Assembly (NCBI GenBank): GCA_017499595.2
Contig: CM039008.1
Location: 1-64,000 of the forward strand
Length of the DNA: 64,000 bases
From: Psilocybe cubensis
Lineage: Eukaryota
Direction of reading: 5' to 3'
Shown: positions 48,632-61,850 of the stretch, piece after piece
Layout: each line of letters starts with the position of its first letter
Numbering within the stretch: position 1 is the stretch's first letter
Notes under the pieces: generated by a model
What the model saw: the letters and a program-made list of their open reading frames with translations, nothing else
What the model was told of the DNA's origin: nothing
Database searches by the model: none
Program-made: the position numbers and the translations under genes

Positions 48632-48804
48632 GGTAAATTACATATTTAATTACGTAGCACCTCTGTATGTACAAAATAAAATATTTTAAAAGTGGATTTG
48701 GGGGTTTTTGAGGTCGAGGAACCCGAATCTGGCATCAGATTTCCAGAATTCTGAACAGGAGGCCCAATGCAACGAAGGCCCCCCCTTTGGGAGGGAATAA
48801 GCTT

Positions 48805-49684
48805 AGAATTCGGCAGAATATCCAAATCTTACAACCGATGAAAAGAATACTAGCGCGTAAGGCGTAAAGCATTAGAAAAAAACCCTAACCGTAAGTATTC
48901 CTTGCTACAAAGTAACAAACATCTACTTACAAGCAACACATTGGATTAAATAGCTAAACCTAAACCTAAACCCTAAACCCTAAACCCTAAGCCCTAACCT
49001 AACCCCAACCCTAAGCTAACTAAGTCTAACCTTAGTAGGAAGTAAGGTAGGCGTGTGAACTTCCGAACGGCATGTGATTGTGAAGGGCCGGATCTAATTT
49101 AGTACATGGGAAAAGTTACTTAGTACTTCGGGAAAAGTTCCTTAGTACCGTGGAAACATTTTTGATGGACCGGATCATGAACTGTCCAATTAAGATTCAC
49201 AACAATCAATCATTTGATTGTTAGGTAAGGACCCAGGTAAGCTATTTATACTCTAGACATGTGAATATTCCCATGTCGCGGTTACTCGGAGCCACGTAAC
49301 CAGAGTACTCTATATCCATGTGATTCACATCACAGTCAATAACCCACGATGTCAAAGAACAAAAGTGTTGGATCCACTTTTGACAGGTTACCATGTGCCA
49401 CATCGACCCGTGACACTCTGTTCATCAGAAACCTGTCTAACTTGACAATAAACATTGACAGATTTGTGATAGTCGGTAAGATACATGACAGCTGCGCAGC
49501 ATCACTTCACGCGCTGTCATCGGATGTTCCAGAACATTCCTTCTAAGAATAGCCACTGAAGAGTCTATAAAGACGAAAGGGCTGGCTGCTGATATCAATC
49601 AACAGCCCTCTGGCTACTTTCCATTTAACTCACAGTTTAAACTAGTCGCTCGCACCTCGCTTCGCTCGGTGCTCGCTCCCCCCC
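48805..49684 (+). mobile_element. Interstitial 5'-truncated copy (last ORF codons, 3' UTR, pLTR, intact hammerhead 49550-49616)
   Basis: AGAATTCGGCAGAATATCC...TGA and full pLTR near-identical to the array copies. Confidence 0.92.
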
Positions 49685-49735
49685 TAAACCCTAAACCCTA
49701 AACCCTAAACCCTAAACCCTAAAACCTAACCCTAA
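49685..49735 (+). repeat. Interstitial telomeric tract
   Basis: TAAACCC x5 plus degenerate units. Confidence 0.88.
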
Positions 49736-52700
49736 GTTACTTATCCATATCAAATGCAGTTTTAGACATAGATTTCAGTACTGTCTTGACGGATAATGGG
49801 TGTGGGTAGATAGAAACAGAAAGGCGTTTGATCGTGTTAAAAGCGGTGCGTCAGCGCAGGTTTAAGGGCCGCAGACATTACCTTTGAGTATTTCAACACT
49901 CTCGTATATGTGTAATTTGCCTTGTTGTTGCCTGTTGGCATGTTCTTTCATTGTCTCCATGCACTTGATATGATTTCAGTGGCTTGAATCGTCCTCACAC
50001 GCCACGCTCAACCATATAGATTGACAAGGTCTGGGGAGCCTGAGACTCCTCCCATTTCAAATCCAAAATATTACATTCCAAGAAAAAAATATATCATCAA
50101 AGCAAGGAAACAGACTACAAGTTGTATGTCCACCCATCTATATTCTCATCACACCCATCTGTCAAAATCAATTTTTCCACTCCTCTTTGTTGGGTTGATT
50201 CAGCTTAATTCAGCTCTGGTTACTTTCACCACACGGAATCACGAGGGGAGTACCGGGTATACACTTAAAGCCCCTCTGAGCGTGTACTTCTCCTGAAAAA
50301 TCCCATACGACAACATCCCCTCTGTAGCATTATTAGATAAGGATACAAACCACATCAATATCACTTCACTTACCTCCATCATTGGGCGTTTGAAAGGGGC
50401 CTTTTCGATGTGATTTGCACCGCCTGTTTGTACACTGCGTTCATGTGAATATATTGCCTGAGATCATCGGTACATGGAACCTGGAGGTTTTCTCAGTATT
50501 GGCGGACATGATGAGCTGAACGGATAAGCATAGAATAGACAACGTACACAATCGTCTGTCTTGGTAGTCATATTGCATCCCATCAAAAGAAATGTGTTTG
50601 GAATCCCCTTGTTGGCCGTCATCAGTGCTCAAACCAAATACGCCTAATGCCAATGTTCCATGCACTGATTAGCCTCGAGTTATCCGATTCATAAATGATT
50701 AGAGTGGAAACGAACCAAAATTGAACATGCTAGAGTGAAAGCAAGGCACAGGAGTGTAGTGATAGACAGATAACGTGGCCGGCTAATAAGGTCGGGGTGA
50801 GCTCAGGCATGGTGTGCACCATCGATTGAATGGTTGTATGCCACTGTAGATCGGGAATATTGTTGTGGGTTGTACAAAACATTTGCATGCTGGGTGGTGA
50901 GGCGGGCGCTGAGTATGTATAGATAACACCATAACAAAGACACTTTGTTTCAATGTGCGCAACAAAATTCGTTGTTCATCTACTATACTACAATGGATTC
51001 AATTGGCTGTTTATGTCCCAAATGTACTGGATGATTCTTAGCGCAGCGTAACTCAAGATTCGAAGTCAGAAGCTTTCTATCTCTTTGACTGACTTTTTTT
51101 CAACTAGAAAACCTCAATCATTCTTTGTGCGCTTTTTGAAGGTTGTTTTCACTCAATGACAAAGCCGAACTCTAAAGAGCTTTATACAACCTTTCTCCAC
51201 AGATTGGCTGGCGTTGTTGAGCGAACTCGATTTCGATCTCCGCATTATGCCCTTGCGTTTGTTTCGCATCCCAGATGTTTTTAATTGCCACATGGACAAT
51301 CTCAACCAGTCAATGTATCTAATAACCGGTTTCTCTCTCCAGCTTCTCCTGTGAGAGAATGAGCGTTGCGCACGGCACCAATACAGCGCACAGCGCACCG
51401 AATACCAAGGGCCAGCTTAGCCTGTCGGGAAGCGGAGTTTGAACCTACTGGCGTCTCAATACTGTGTTTCTTACTCCCTCCTTCACATTGAATACATCCT
51501 AGCGACAGTATGGACGCATAACAACTCTTTTTTCCCTTTTTTCCCACTCGAACGCGTGATAAGGAAGACAGATACCGTGGATGGAAGCAGGGCACGGTGT
51601 GAGATTTCAGGAGTCGGGATGAAAGGTGAGTCGATACAACCAATTATGCACCGCAAAGTTTCGCCAATGACATGTTTCGAAATATGCATCGTTTACAACC
51701 CAAGATCCAGTGTCAATATTCGACTTTTCAGCCCCACCAAAGCCTACGTGGCCTTCAACAGTCGCGTTTACCTCTTCTCTGAAAACACGCTCACGCGAGC
51801 CTTTGGCACGCTATCGCAACGACAAATTCAAAGATCGGCTGGGTGACTCAGGAGGTGTGGAAGTGAGGGAGAGGCCATATTCCGAGGTGCGTCAATATCT
51901 TATTTCATCCCGTTCACTTTTCGTGTCTGCTCTCACACAGAACCTTTGTCTTTCCGACCCCGCCACACGCCACAGCTTCGACACTCTTCCCCCACCCCTC
52001 GCATTCTCGTGTTCCCGTTGCCATCATAGACCTCCCAAGCTCACGTCATTTCTATCCCTACCCCAACTGTCTTTATGGTGCATGCACACCGAACCTACGT
52101 TCTTCCGACCCCGCCACACGAACACTGCTTCACCACTCTGCCACCCCTCCCCTCCTACTCCCATGCTCCCGTCATCGTCATTTCAGACCTCCAAAGTCTT
52201 CTGCGTGTCACTTGAACAGGGTAATCTGGGATTTCATCATTCAGGTCGACTTCCATTCACCGTGAGTTACGAGTATGGTTCACGAAGTCGATGTGCGTAT
52301 GTTTGACGCGAATCAGGACTTGGACATCGGTGTTGAGACCAAAGGATTGGCAGACGAAGCCGTGTTGTGGTTTGGGTATGCACTTGATGATGGACCTCTC
52401 TGCCTTCAAGCAGGTGCAGGTGCCAGCGCTGCTTCTCCGACCATCTTCATCGTGACACGTACCCAAGACTTGAGTGAGCGTCTGATGTCTCTATCCCTCC
52501 AGGCCGACAAAGCTTACTGAAATACTGTAATAGGAGAAACCCACAACCGTTGTAGTGTGCGTCGCATCTTATGTTTCCAATATATGCGTGATCTCATTGA
52601 CGGTTTCGTTTTCAGCAAGCTTGAAGCAATCGGTGATCGGGCGCGGGGTGGCGCGCGTAGAGCAGTTTGTCAAGTGTTTCCTGCGGGAGAACCTTGTCGT

Positions 52701-55700
52701 CAGTCGATTTTCAATCCATGCGGAGGAATGGGCGCATGTATGCGCTGTTGTGAAGATGGGTATATGTTGATTGGAGAATGTTCTGGGAGACAAGGTACGT
52801 GTCACTTTCACCTCGAACCCATCCTCAATCTGAATATCCCACTTGCATACGCTCCCATTCTCCCTGATACGGGACAATCTCGTTCGCCGCTTGTTGGGAT
52901 GGAATGACTTATCGGTCTAACATATTCGCGGGAAATGCATGTAATCGTATGTTTTCTTACTAACTTTCTCCCATCTATCGCACCCTGGACCTCATGTCGT
53001 ACTTATCCCCGTCACTTCCACACCTCACCATTTCCCATGCCCATTCGCCCATTCGTGCACTCGCCTGACACCTCCCCTTCCTAGCTTATAGCGATCTGTC
53101 CTCTCCTCTCCTCTCACACATCTATTCGCCTCTCCCAGCTGAAGACAAACGGCCGTACGTACATGCTCTTCATATCTCTCCCTACAACGCCCACCCAGCG
53201 CCTATCGAATATATGGGCTATAATCGATTGATGGCGATGCGAAATCGCTTCTGGTTCCTGGCTAACCGTCTAGTAGGAGGTAAAGTAGCAGAGGATACAT
53301 TGTTGATGGACACAAATGCGTGTTTGTGTTTGTGTTTGTGTTTGGCACTGTAACCTCCGCTCATGCTTATACCACGCCTCATGACGGTGCCTCCGCCTCG
53401 CCTGCTGCACAACCAGCTGCCTCGCTCGTTCTCTGGCTTTCCGACATCTCACAGCGTCAAAACACGGTACGGCGCGTACTCGGCACTTAGCCTCTCTGTG
53501 CTTGAGTCCTTGCTTACATGGTTGGACGACGCGTTGCAGTAAGAGGGAGCAGGTGCGATGGGTGGAAAAAGTTCATTTTGTTGAATGATATGGGCGAGTA
53601 TAACCCGGAGCATGAGCGAATGCATTGAGAGGAGGGAATGTTGGACGGTGACTCGTGCGTCTTCCATTTTCTGCCCTGCCCTCTTGAAAAATTGTTCTCG
53701 TCTGTGCATACCTCCGGACTTTGACTCTATGTAAGCTGTTACCACCCCACATTGACCCCCCCTCCCCTCGTCGCTATATCCGCATTCAATCCCACTTCGT
53801 CGACGAGGTCTATATCCTCTCTGCTTCTGTGAAATCATGATCCATACATTGCACCAGAGCTGTTACAGTATATGTACGCCGTTCTTGTGCGATGTTAAGA
53901 TATCTTGTTTCAATAGGCGCAGAGGATTAAACTCTGGCTTACCATTGTATAAGGTCACGGAATCTTCAATGAGATTGCGGGATACCTGTTTCCTTCTTCT
54001 TAATTTTCTTTACGCTCCGCCCTCTTTCGGATTGCTCTGATGCGTGTTGCATGTCTGTATCGCAGCCATTTGCTACAGATATACTCTGCGGGTTGTGCAT
54101 GGTTTCAAAGCACGATAACGCTGTCGTCATATGGCGTTGAGAGATCGTTGGGGTGGTACGAGGGAAATAAAAAGACAACAAAGAACGCATAATTGCTGTC
54201 GAATGTAATTGTATACACGTCGGATTCGTGGGGAACCCAAAACCCCAATCCTGTTCCCGTTCATTGAATAGCTGAGCTTTGATCTCCTCCATCCCCTCAA
54301 ATCGGGTTATAATGAGAAGGTACACTTGGAAACACAACTAGCGCATACTCGAAATAGGTACTGTTATTATTTGAAGCTAAAACCTATGTATTCCATTCGA
54401 ATATCAACTGTTTTTCATCTTGTTAATCAATATGATATAAGGTAGCACACACATATCCATAATCAACCTGCCACAATACATCGCACTAATAGGGTATTTA
54501 CCCACCAAGTTCCAATAGGTCTGCAGGTATACGTGCAGATGCACTCTTATGTCCCTCCGCTCCGCTAGAAAAGTTGGGGTCGTGGTTTCGACGATCATGG
54601 ATTTGTTGGGTGAGTTTCCTAGTAATGTATTATTGCTGCCACGTAATATAGCATTGTTCAGCTCACTGCAATTCTTGGGCTCAGCATCTGAATCAGCTGC
54701 TGGCGTATTGCTTCTGACCATGACAACCCAGCATCAATTGCCCAGAGGTGACTGAGGCATGCAATGCACAGCACACGTCAACCTGAGTACATCAACGAAA
54801 TGACTGGTCAAAATTGACAAGGCGCTTTCGACATGAGACGCACAGAATAGGGTAGGAAACACCTTCCAAGCGATCCCACTCACGTGGCGACCAACCAATC
54901 ATGCGCGAACCAGTTGTCCAAAACAGAGATTGGACTATGTTTGATGCTTATTTGGTGTCCATCCCGGACGCCTTATGAGGGTGTTGGTAACGTGGATGCA
55001 GCTATTTTTGCTCGGAATGACGAGCTCTATGTGGGGTGTTGATGTTGGTGATGGTGGAAGAAGACATCGTTGTCGGTGGGGTTGTAGTATGTGATGTTGA
55101 CGCAGGTATCGACGTTGACGTTGGGGCAGGTAAAGGGGAGGACGTGAATGCGGCGCACCTCAATCTCGCTATCCCAGCACGTGTAATCGTCAGCAGGTTA
55201 ATCCTGGAATCAGTCAAACTACGCATACCGACGCGCACAGGCGGCCACATAGGAATGGGATATGAGCAGTCAGGAATGATGAATTGAATCGCAGAGGGTA
55301 ATGACGCACCTAGGAGAGCCTGCGGTTTGAAAGTTCCCTCTTGGAGTTTGCTGTCGCGATAGCGTGCGGGAGGATATTGTGTGGGGTGTATGTCAAGGAA
55401 ATAAGGAAATGCTTCTTCCTTTGTTGTCTGAGAAAATGGAACGGTGTTCGGTGATCGAGAGTCGTATAGGGTGTGGAGAGGTTGAGATGCATAGTCAGAG
55501 CGTCGACGCTACAGGCTGTTGTAATAGTTCGGAAGCTTCTGTCTAATTCGCCTTCGCAAGGAACGACGGGTTGTATGGACTCACCGTTCGACTTGACTCT
55601 GAATCCTGCGCGCCCACAAAATCACCTCATCTCTCATCCCGCTCTGCCCTCGCCGACATAATGCTTCCCATTTCCATCGGAGAATCGACACTAGAAACGA

Positions 55701-58700
55701 CTATATGGCGTACAATGCATGTTTGTAATAGAGGACATGAGATAGTAAAGGGTGTATCGTTATCATGCGGCGCGCATGCGCTTTGCGCAGCATAGCGGAG
55801 TTTCAATGTCTTTTGACGACCAAGGACAAACAAAGCGCCACTTGTCTTGCGCCGCCGTCAAACTCGAAATCCCATCCAACAATATCTACCGCCCCCAAAC
55901 ACTTTAAGACGGCTTGTCAAGGGCAAGAGGTGCTACAGGATTACTTCTCTGAATGGATCGCATCTGTGGAAAGGAGTGAATGCTGTCGGTCCAGGGCACG
56001 AGGGTTGTCAAGAAGCATGGGTTAAGGAATCGTGGAGGAGGAGGAACCGCTCGGTGAGTGATTTGTATTTTATGTGATGTGAGGTCAATCGAAACCTCCC
56101 TTCCCCCTGATATCTACCCCTCGCACTGGGAGCTCGCGCATGTATAACGTTGACGCAGCAGCAGCGACACCAAATTCACACGTGTACTGTATGCCCTGAG
56201 TCTGTCGCGCCTCGTTTTGAGTGGCGTCCAGTGCAGTGGAAAGGGTAGTTCAACCCATGCACCTGTTCTCATCTCGTCGGTTTTTTCCCTGTTTGGATAT
56301 AACATCTGAAACCCAGCATATACGACGTATGTACGTTTTGTTTCGGGCGGTTGATGAGGTAGACTCGTTCTGTATCACTCCCGCTAGTGTCCCTTCCCCT
56401 CCCATTAATATGAACCCTCCTTCAATATTGCAGACCGAATATACTCATTCTTGTGGTGCGTGACGGGCACTGGGCGTAACGGAGAGATAAAAAGAAGCTG
56501 CGATATGCAAGTAGTGGCCCGGATTGCTAGTGTGGTGCAGTGAAGAGTTGGAGATGGGTGTTGAGCGACATCAGGGAAGAGGACAATGAGTCTGTGATGA
56601 AATTTCTCGATGTGTGCTGGCCCAGATGTACACATGTTTAAGGGAACTGGATTTTCTTGGGAAGCAACATAGGAGTGCAGGAGAGGAATCTTCCATGATG
56701 ATCCATTTAACAACTCGTGCAATGTCATCTCTCCCCCAGCCACTCTAACTACTATGACTTGAAGGAACGGGCGTGTTCAAGGAATTGCGGGAACGCATTG
56801 CCGTTGCTGATGCGGGTTTTCTCTTCACCGCTCTTTTACCCTCCCATCGACATGATCAACTCATCACATTCCCGCCACCTCCACCGCCACCTCTCCCTCA
56901 CCACTCGCATTCTCAACCCCACTGTGTGCGCTCAGGAGTCAAGGCGGAGTTTGAATTTGCTTGACAACAACCGCTCACAATTTCGTTCTTTTCCACTACC
57001 ACCTCCACTCCAAACACCCCAAAGACGACGAATCAAAGGGAAGGGATGCTGGATACAGTCGAAAAATGCAGGGACCCTGTGCCTCGCACAGCAGCGTGGC
57101 TTCTAGGCGGGGTCAATGGATGACGATGAGGACTCGGAGGATTTCGGTGAGTGTTTTTCTCTTCACTGTTCTCGACCGGAACAATCGGAACCACCGGAAC
57201 CACCAACAACTTCTCCCCTTCCTCTTCGTGGCTCGCACTGTCGACTTCCCACTGCGCCGGCGCACGCGAAAGATTGACGCCGCGGCAGCTATACCAGGTC
57301 TATAATCACGACGCTGGTATACTGTGTGCAGCGTACTTAAATTCTCTCAAATGCGTGATGCACCAGTGCAGTGGAATGTCAGGTGTATTATCTTTCCCTA
57401 TACCCTTGTTTGCATATCTTCATCTGTTGATACACCCCATCCACCACCCCGCATGTGCGTATGGCGCATACACGAAACACCTCCGCCTTACGGACCCCGT
57501 CGCCCAACCTACACCGCTTCATCCTCCTATTTCCATACTCCCGTTTCCATCGATGACCTTCCAACTCATCCGTGCAGATTTTGAAACAGGGAATCTGGGT
57601 GTCTTTCTTCATTTTCCTCGAGCATGGGTAAACGAGGCGTCGTCAAAGTTAACGGATGAATGCTCGGTTGAAGATAAGATGTAGAAGGGGGTTGATTGGC
57701 AGATGCAGGTTGTGTTTGTAAACATGGCTGAGGTGCAGATCGTGCGTGCCGCGTCTTTTGCCACCTTTCATCTCTCTTCGAGGAGGCGGTCGCACCAGTA
57801 ACCCCTATGCATCTCTATTTTCACTTGTCCCCATAGCTTCAACGTGTATCCCACTGTCCTGTTCCTACCCATACACACCCTTTGTTCGTGATTATGACAA
57901 TGCTCGCACCGCTTCAACGATTGGTGACACATATATGCACACAGGGTGTCAACAGATTGTGTTTGTACACATGGTATCTTTCCGGCGTTTTCTTCTCTTC
58001 GAGTAGGTGCTGCCACTAGTACCCCCACGCATCTCTATTTGATGTGTCCCCGTAGTTTCAACGAGTGTCCCACTGTTACTGTTCCTACCCACACCTCCTT
58101 TACCCGCGCTCACGAAGCTAAATGACGGCGCTGGCTGCAATGAGTGTGCCTATATCCCCCTTGCTTGCAACACTTGCAAACATTGATTAAATTGCGCATA
58201 TATTTGCTTATTTTGTGGAACATCAATGAATGGTGATGCCGTTTATATATGGGTGTCTCCTTTGCTAGAAGCTTGCGTGTACGGTCCCTCGTCATCGTGT
58301 CTCATTGCAAATTCCCTGGTGATGTGGCATGAGCCAGTATGCGCATAGAATACGCCTGACCACAAAACCTGACCACTAATACTAAGTATGGTAACGGCTC
58401 GAGCAGCGCTAAGTCACGAGAAAGTGTGAGTCAGCCGGGCAGCACCGGAATGACCATACTCCGCTCTAACAAGGCAGCCCGGCAAGTGAAAGGCATAGTC
58501 AGTAACGCAACTATTGCCTTCCGCGGGAACGAGCTGACCGGCAACATGAGCTCCCAGTAAAGCGCAGAAGCTATGAATTAACTAGAAGGGCCAATAGTCC
58601 AGAAAGTGGTCAAGAGAAACAAGTATAAGTGGTAGGAATATAGTTCTTGCACATGGTAAACCCTACGACAAGACGAAAATACACCATTATGGTAACAGAA

Positions 58701-59496
58701 AAACTATAAAGATAAAGCGATGTGGGAATCCTCGCGCGCGCACGGACGTGCTGAAAGGTATAAATACCAGAGGAAAGGGCCAGGAAGAAGCAAGCAGTCA
58801 CCGTGGTACAGAACCGCATAAAAGTGAAGGCTTCTGATATTGATCACACCTACCAATTGGATTAGATTGATTGACAATTTGAGACCTACTTGATTGATTG
58901 ATTGACTACAAACTTGAAGTTGAGCCTGAAAACCAATTGATTGAGTTGACGCGTGATTGTCAATTGTTCGAATCTTGCATTAAAATTCATACTCTGTCCA
59001 TATTGTAAAATATTAATATACACATTATCCCTGGACGAACTACCCTCCACCAATCTACAATATTGGTGAAGTCCCGTGTGAAAAGATACACTAACATAAG
59101 TGAACTCGCCACAAACTACTTCATCTGGAGCCCACCGCGAGGGAGGGTTAATCAGACAGAGATAAACAAAAGCAATAAAAAGAGCATAAAAACTCACACA
59201 AGATAACAAAAACGCGGACAAGACTAGGTGCCACTGAAAGCAGCGAGCCTCGTCGAAGTAAACGCGCTTCAACAATCAAAAACACTTTAGTTACACAAGC
59301 AAAAGGACCGTTACCTAAGAAACCAAGGAAAACACAATATAAACGAACAGAGGTACTCACCAGAGAAGATCTGTTTGCTGACTTTGTACGAATACTTGAG
59401 GAAATAGAAATCGAGTGGAATCAAACAGACGAAACCTTCTACCAATCGGCAGAAGAAGATTCGGACGAAATAGAGCCAAAAACAATAACAAACACA

Positions 59497-60810
59497 ATGA
59501 CAAAAGATCTACCGGCAGCAGGGGAGCGAGGAGCTCCAAAGTTCATCGACACCGAACCCGAGGAGTTGCTCCGCTTCCTAGAAGCAGTAGATGAATTATA
59601 TAAAAAATGTGAAATTACAAACGACAACGATAAAAAGAAGGCGGTTGGCAAATATGTATCTGCGCAAACGGAAGCCCAGTGGAAAGCCTTCAAAACATAT
59701 AAAACCGGAACCTGGGAAGAGTTTAAAACCGAAGTCACAGCCAGTTATCCAGAAGTGGTACTTCTGGAGCGCGGTTCCATCACGGCCCTAGACAAATTAT
59801 GTCGAAAATATAGTCGTGCCAATCGAATTGAGGCAAGCGACATTACGGGTTTAGCAGCGTTAATACGTTGCTTCCGGGCTGAGGCAGGAAAGCTTACTGA
59901 AGACCCTCCTCTAGTGTCAAACCGAGACCTAGTAGATAGGTTTTTAGACTGCCTTACCCCAGAATTCGCTACTCGTATTGAAGATAAACTTGACACAATT
60001 ATGGACGCCCGGGCCTCCATAACCGATAATGCGGGAACTAACGCGCGCTGGGAAGACCGGTATACTCTACAAGAAGTAATTAATATGGCACAAGGCATAG
60101 CTGAGCGGTCCCGGAGAGGATACGGTATTAAGCCAGCCGAAAATAAAGGAAACCGGCGAGGATACGGGGACGAAGAGTTAGTACCAAACCAGAAAGGGCT
60201 AGAAACGTATGTCAAACTAGAGGAACAGATGGCACAGTTAATTGATACCATCACCAATGCAGAAAAGCGACGAATGGCGGACTACAAGGTACTCCAGGAA
60301 AGTCAGAATCGCCAACTTCGCGAAATGCAACAGTTCTTGAGTACGAGACAAACCACACCAGGGCTATTGCCAAACAACAGCTATGCGCCCAGCAGATACA
60401 GGGATAACCCTAATACTGGGTGTCACTACTGTAAGGAAGACTCCCACCGAATTATAGAATGTCCGTATGTAAGAAAACACCTAGAGGCAAAATGGATCAT
60501 TAAGAATGCAGAGAACCACATAAGGTTACCCAATGGGGCACAAATCTACCCGGATGGGAACAAATCCCGCAAAGAGGTGGTGGAAAACATGAATAAGAGC
60601 AAGGGTATGGCAGCAACCATGCTCCAAGAAGAACGGGAATCTCCTGCGGGGGAAGTAAGGTATAAATTGCATAGACAGTACGAGTTAGCAAAATCGTTAC
60701 AAGCCCTTACAGAGGACTTCGGCGAAGACGCCCTAGAAGCCGTACTGGAGGAAAGACAGGCATTTAAAGAAATGGAGGAAGAAGAACCAAGATTAGAAAA
60801 TTTTCAGTAA
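59497..60810 (+). CDS. gag: Gag (437 aa) with CCHC zinc knuckle
   Basis: CHYCKEDSHRIIEC = CX2CX4HX4C. Confidence 0.88.
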   Translation: MTKDLPAAGERGAPKFIDTEPEELLRFLEAVDELYKKCEITNDNDKKKAVGKYVSAQTEAQWKAFKTYKTGTWEEFKTEVTASYPEVVLLERGSITALDKLCRKYSRANRIEASDITGLAALIRCFRAEAGKLTEDPPLVSNRDLVDRFLDCLTPEFATRIEDKLDTIMDARASITDNAGTNARWEDRYTLQEVINMAQGIAERSRRGYGIKPAENKGNRRGYGDEELVPNQKGLETYVKLEEQMAQLIDTITNAEKRRMADYKVLQESQNRQLREMQQFLSTRQTTPGLLPNNSYAPSRYRDNPNTGCHYCKEDSHRIIECPYVRKHLEAKWIIKNAENHIRLPNGAQIYPDGNKSRKEVVENMNKSKGMAATMLQEERESPAGEVRYKLHRQYELAKSLQALTEDFGEDALEAVLEERQAFKEMEEEEPRLENFQ

Positions 60811-61850
60811 GTTCGAGGAAGGGGGACAACGTACCGCGCCGAACGTCACCTCGATTCCAGAAACTAAAACCCCCGGAGAACAATAACATAACAAAACCAA
60901 CAGTCATAGAGGATCTAGAAATTACAAAGGTAGAAAACACAGATAAGCAAAAAACGGACGAGCAAGAAACAGAAAAGACACAAACAGAAGAGACACAAGC
61001 AGACAAGCTTCCATATCTTAAGGTGCCACCACTGCGAGAAGTTACGCGGCCGGCTAGCGATGCCCGGCTACTGCCTAGCAGAGAAACAAGCACACCGTAT
61101 ACGCACAAGGCACCTGTAGAAGAAGAGAACAATGTAACCGAACTGTTAGACAAGACGCTAAACCTGGAAATGAATATAAAACTTAAAGACTTGTTGGGTA
61201 ATGCACCACAGCTGAGGGAGTTAGTCAAGAAGACAGTATCGGCTGCGCGAAAAACCAAAACGAATGAAGCAGCTAATAGCTGGCTTTTGGAACCAGTACA
61301 AGAAGAAAACATAGGACGAGTAGGCAGCGACCCGTATCTGCAACTATATCAGCAAGGACAAAAGGAACCGCCAGTGGCGGTTTATTTGGGAAAAGATTCC
61401 GAAACACTCAGATCAGTATGGCCAAAAATAAATGGTATAGACGAAATAGAATGTGTACTAGACAGTGGTTCGCAAATCGTGTCAATGGCGGAAAGCGTGG
61501 CCATGAGAACTGGGTTAAGTTGGGATCCGGATGTTGTCATTGACATGCAAAGCGCCAACAGGACTATAAATCGTACACTGGGAATGGCAAGGAATGTACC
61601 TTTTACATTCGGAAACATCACAGTGTATCTACAGGTACACGTCATTAGGAACCCAGCTTATCAAGTTCTTTTGGGGCGTACCTTTGATGCTCTAACCCGC
61701 AGCGAAGTTCAGAGCGAAAAAGATGGATCTGCCACACTAAAAATCGAGGACCCTAACTCGGGTAGAAAAGTGGTGGTACCTACTTTTGAACGAGGACATG
61801 GACCACATGATAGCGCGGAAAAGCGACAAAAACAGGCGGAGGGTTTTTAA
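60798..61850 (+). CDS. pro: Aspartic protease ORF, -1 frame relative to gag
   Basis: VLDSGSQIV and LLGR motifs; frame open from the slippery site at the gag end. Confidence 0.85.
   Translation, partial: KFSVSSRKGDNVPRRTSPRFQKLKPPENNNITKPTVIEDLEITKVENTDKQKTDEQETEKTQTEETQADKLPYLKVPPLREVTRPASDARLLPSRETSTPYTHKAPVEEENNVTELLDKTLNLEMNIKLKDLLGNAPQLRELVKKTVSAARKTKTNEAANSWLLEPVQEENIGRVGSDPYLQLYQQGQKEPPVAVYLGKDSETLRSVWPKINGIDEIECVLDSGSQIVSMAESVAMRTGLSWDPDVVIDMQSANRTINRTLGMARNVPFTFGNITVYLQVHVIRNPAYQVLLGRTFDALTRSEVQSEKDGSATLKIEDPNSGRKVVVPTFERGHGPHDSAEKRQKQAEGF

Noticed and set aside
57790-58110. Diverged direct duplication of about 90 bp at about 220 bp spacing
   Set aside because: Only two degenerate copies and no associated structure; ordinary local duplication
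35100-58300. Numerous 60-250 aa ORFs in the subtelomere
   Set aside because: No recognisable domains; consistent with chance ORFs or decayed gene fragments; spliced genes cannot be excluded without homology search
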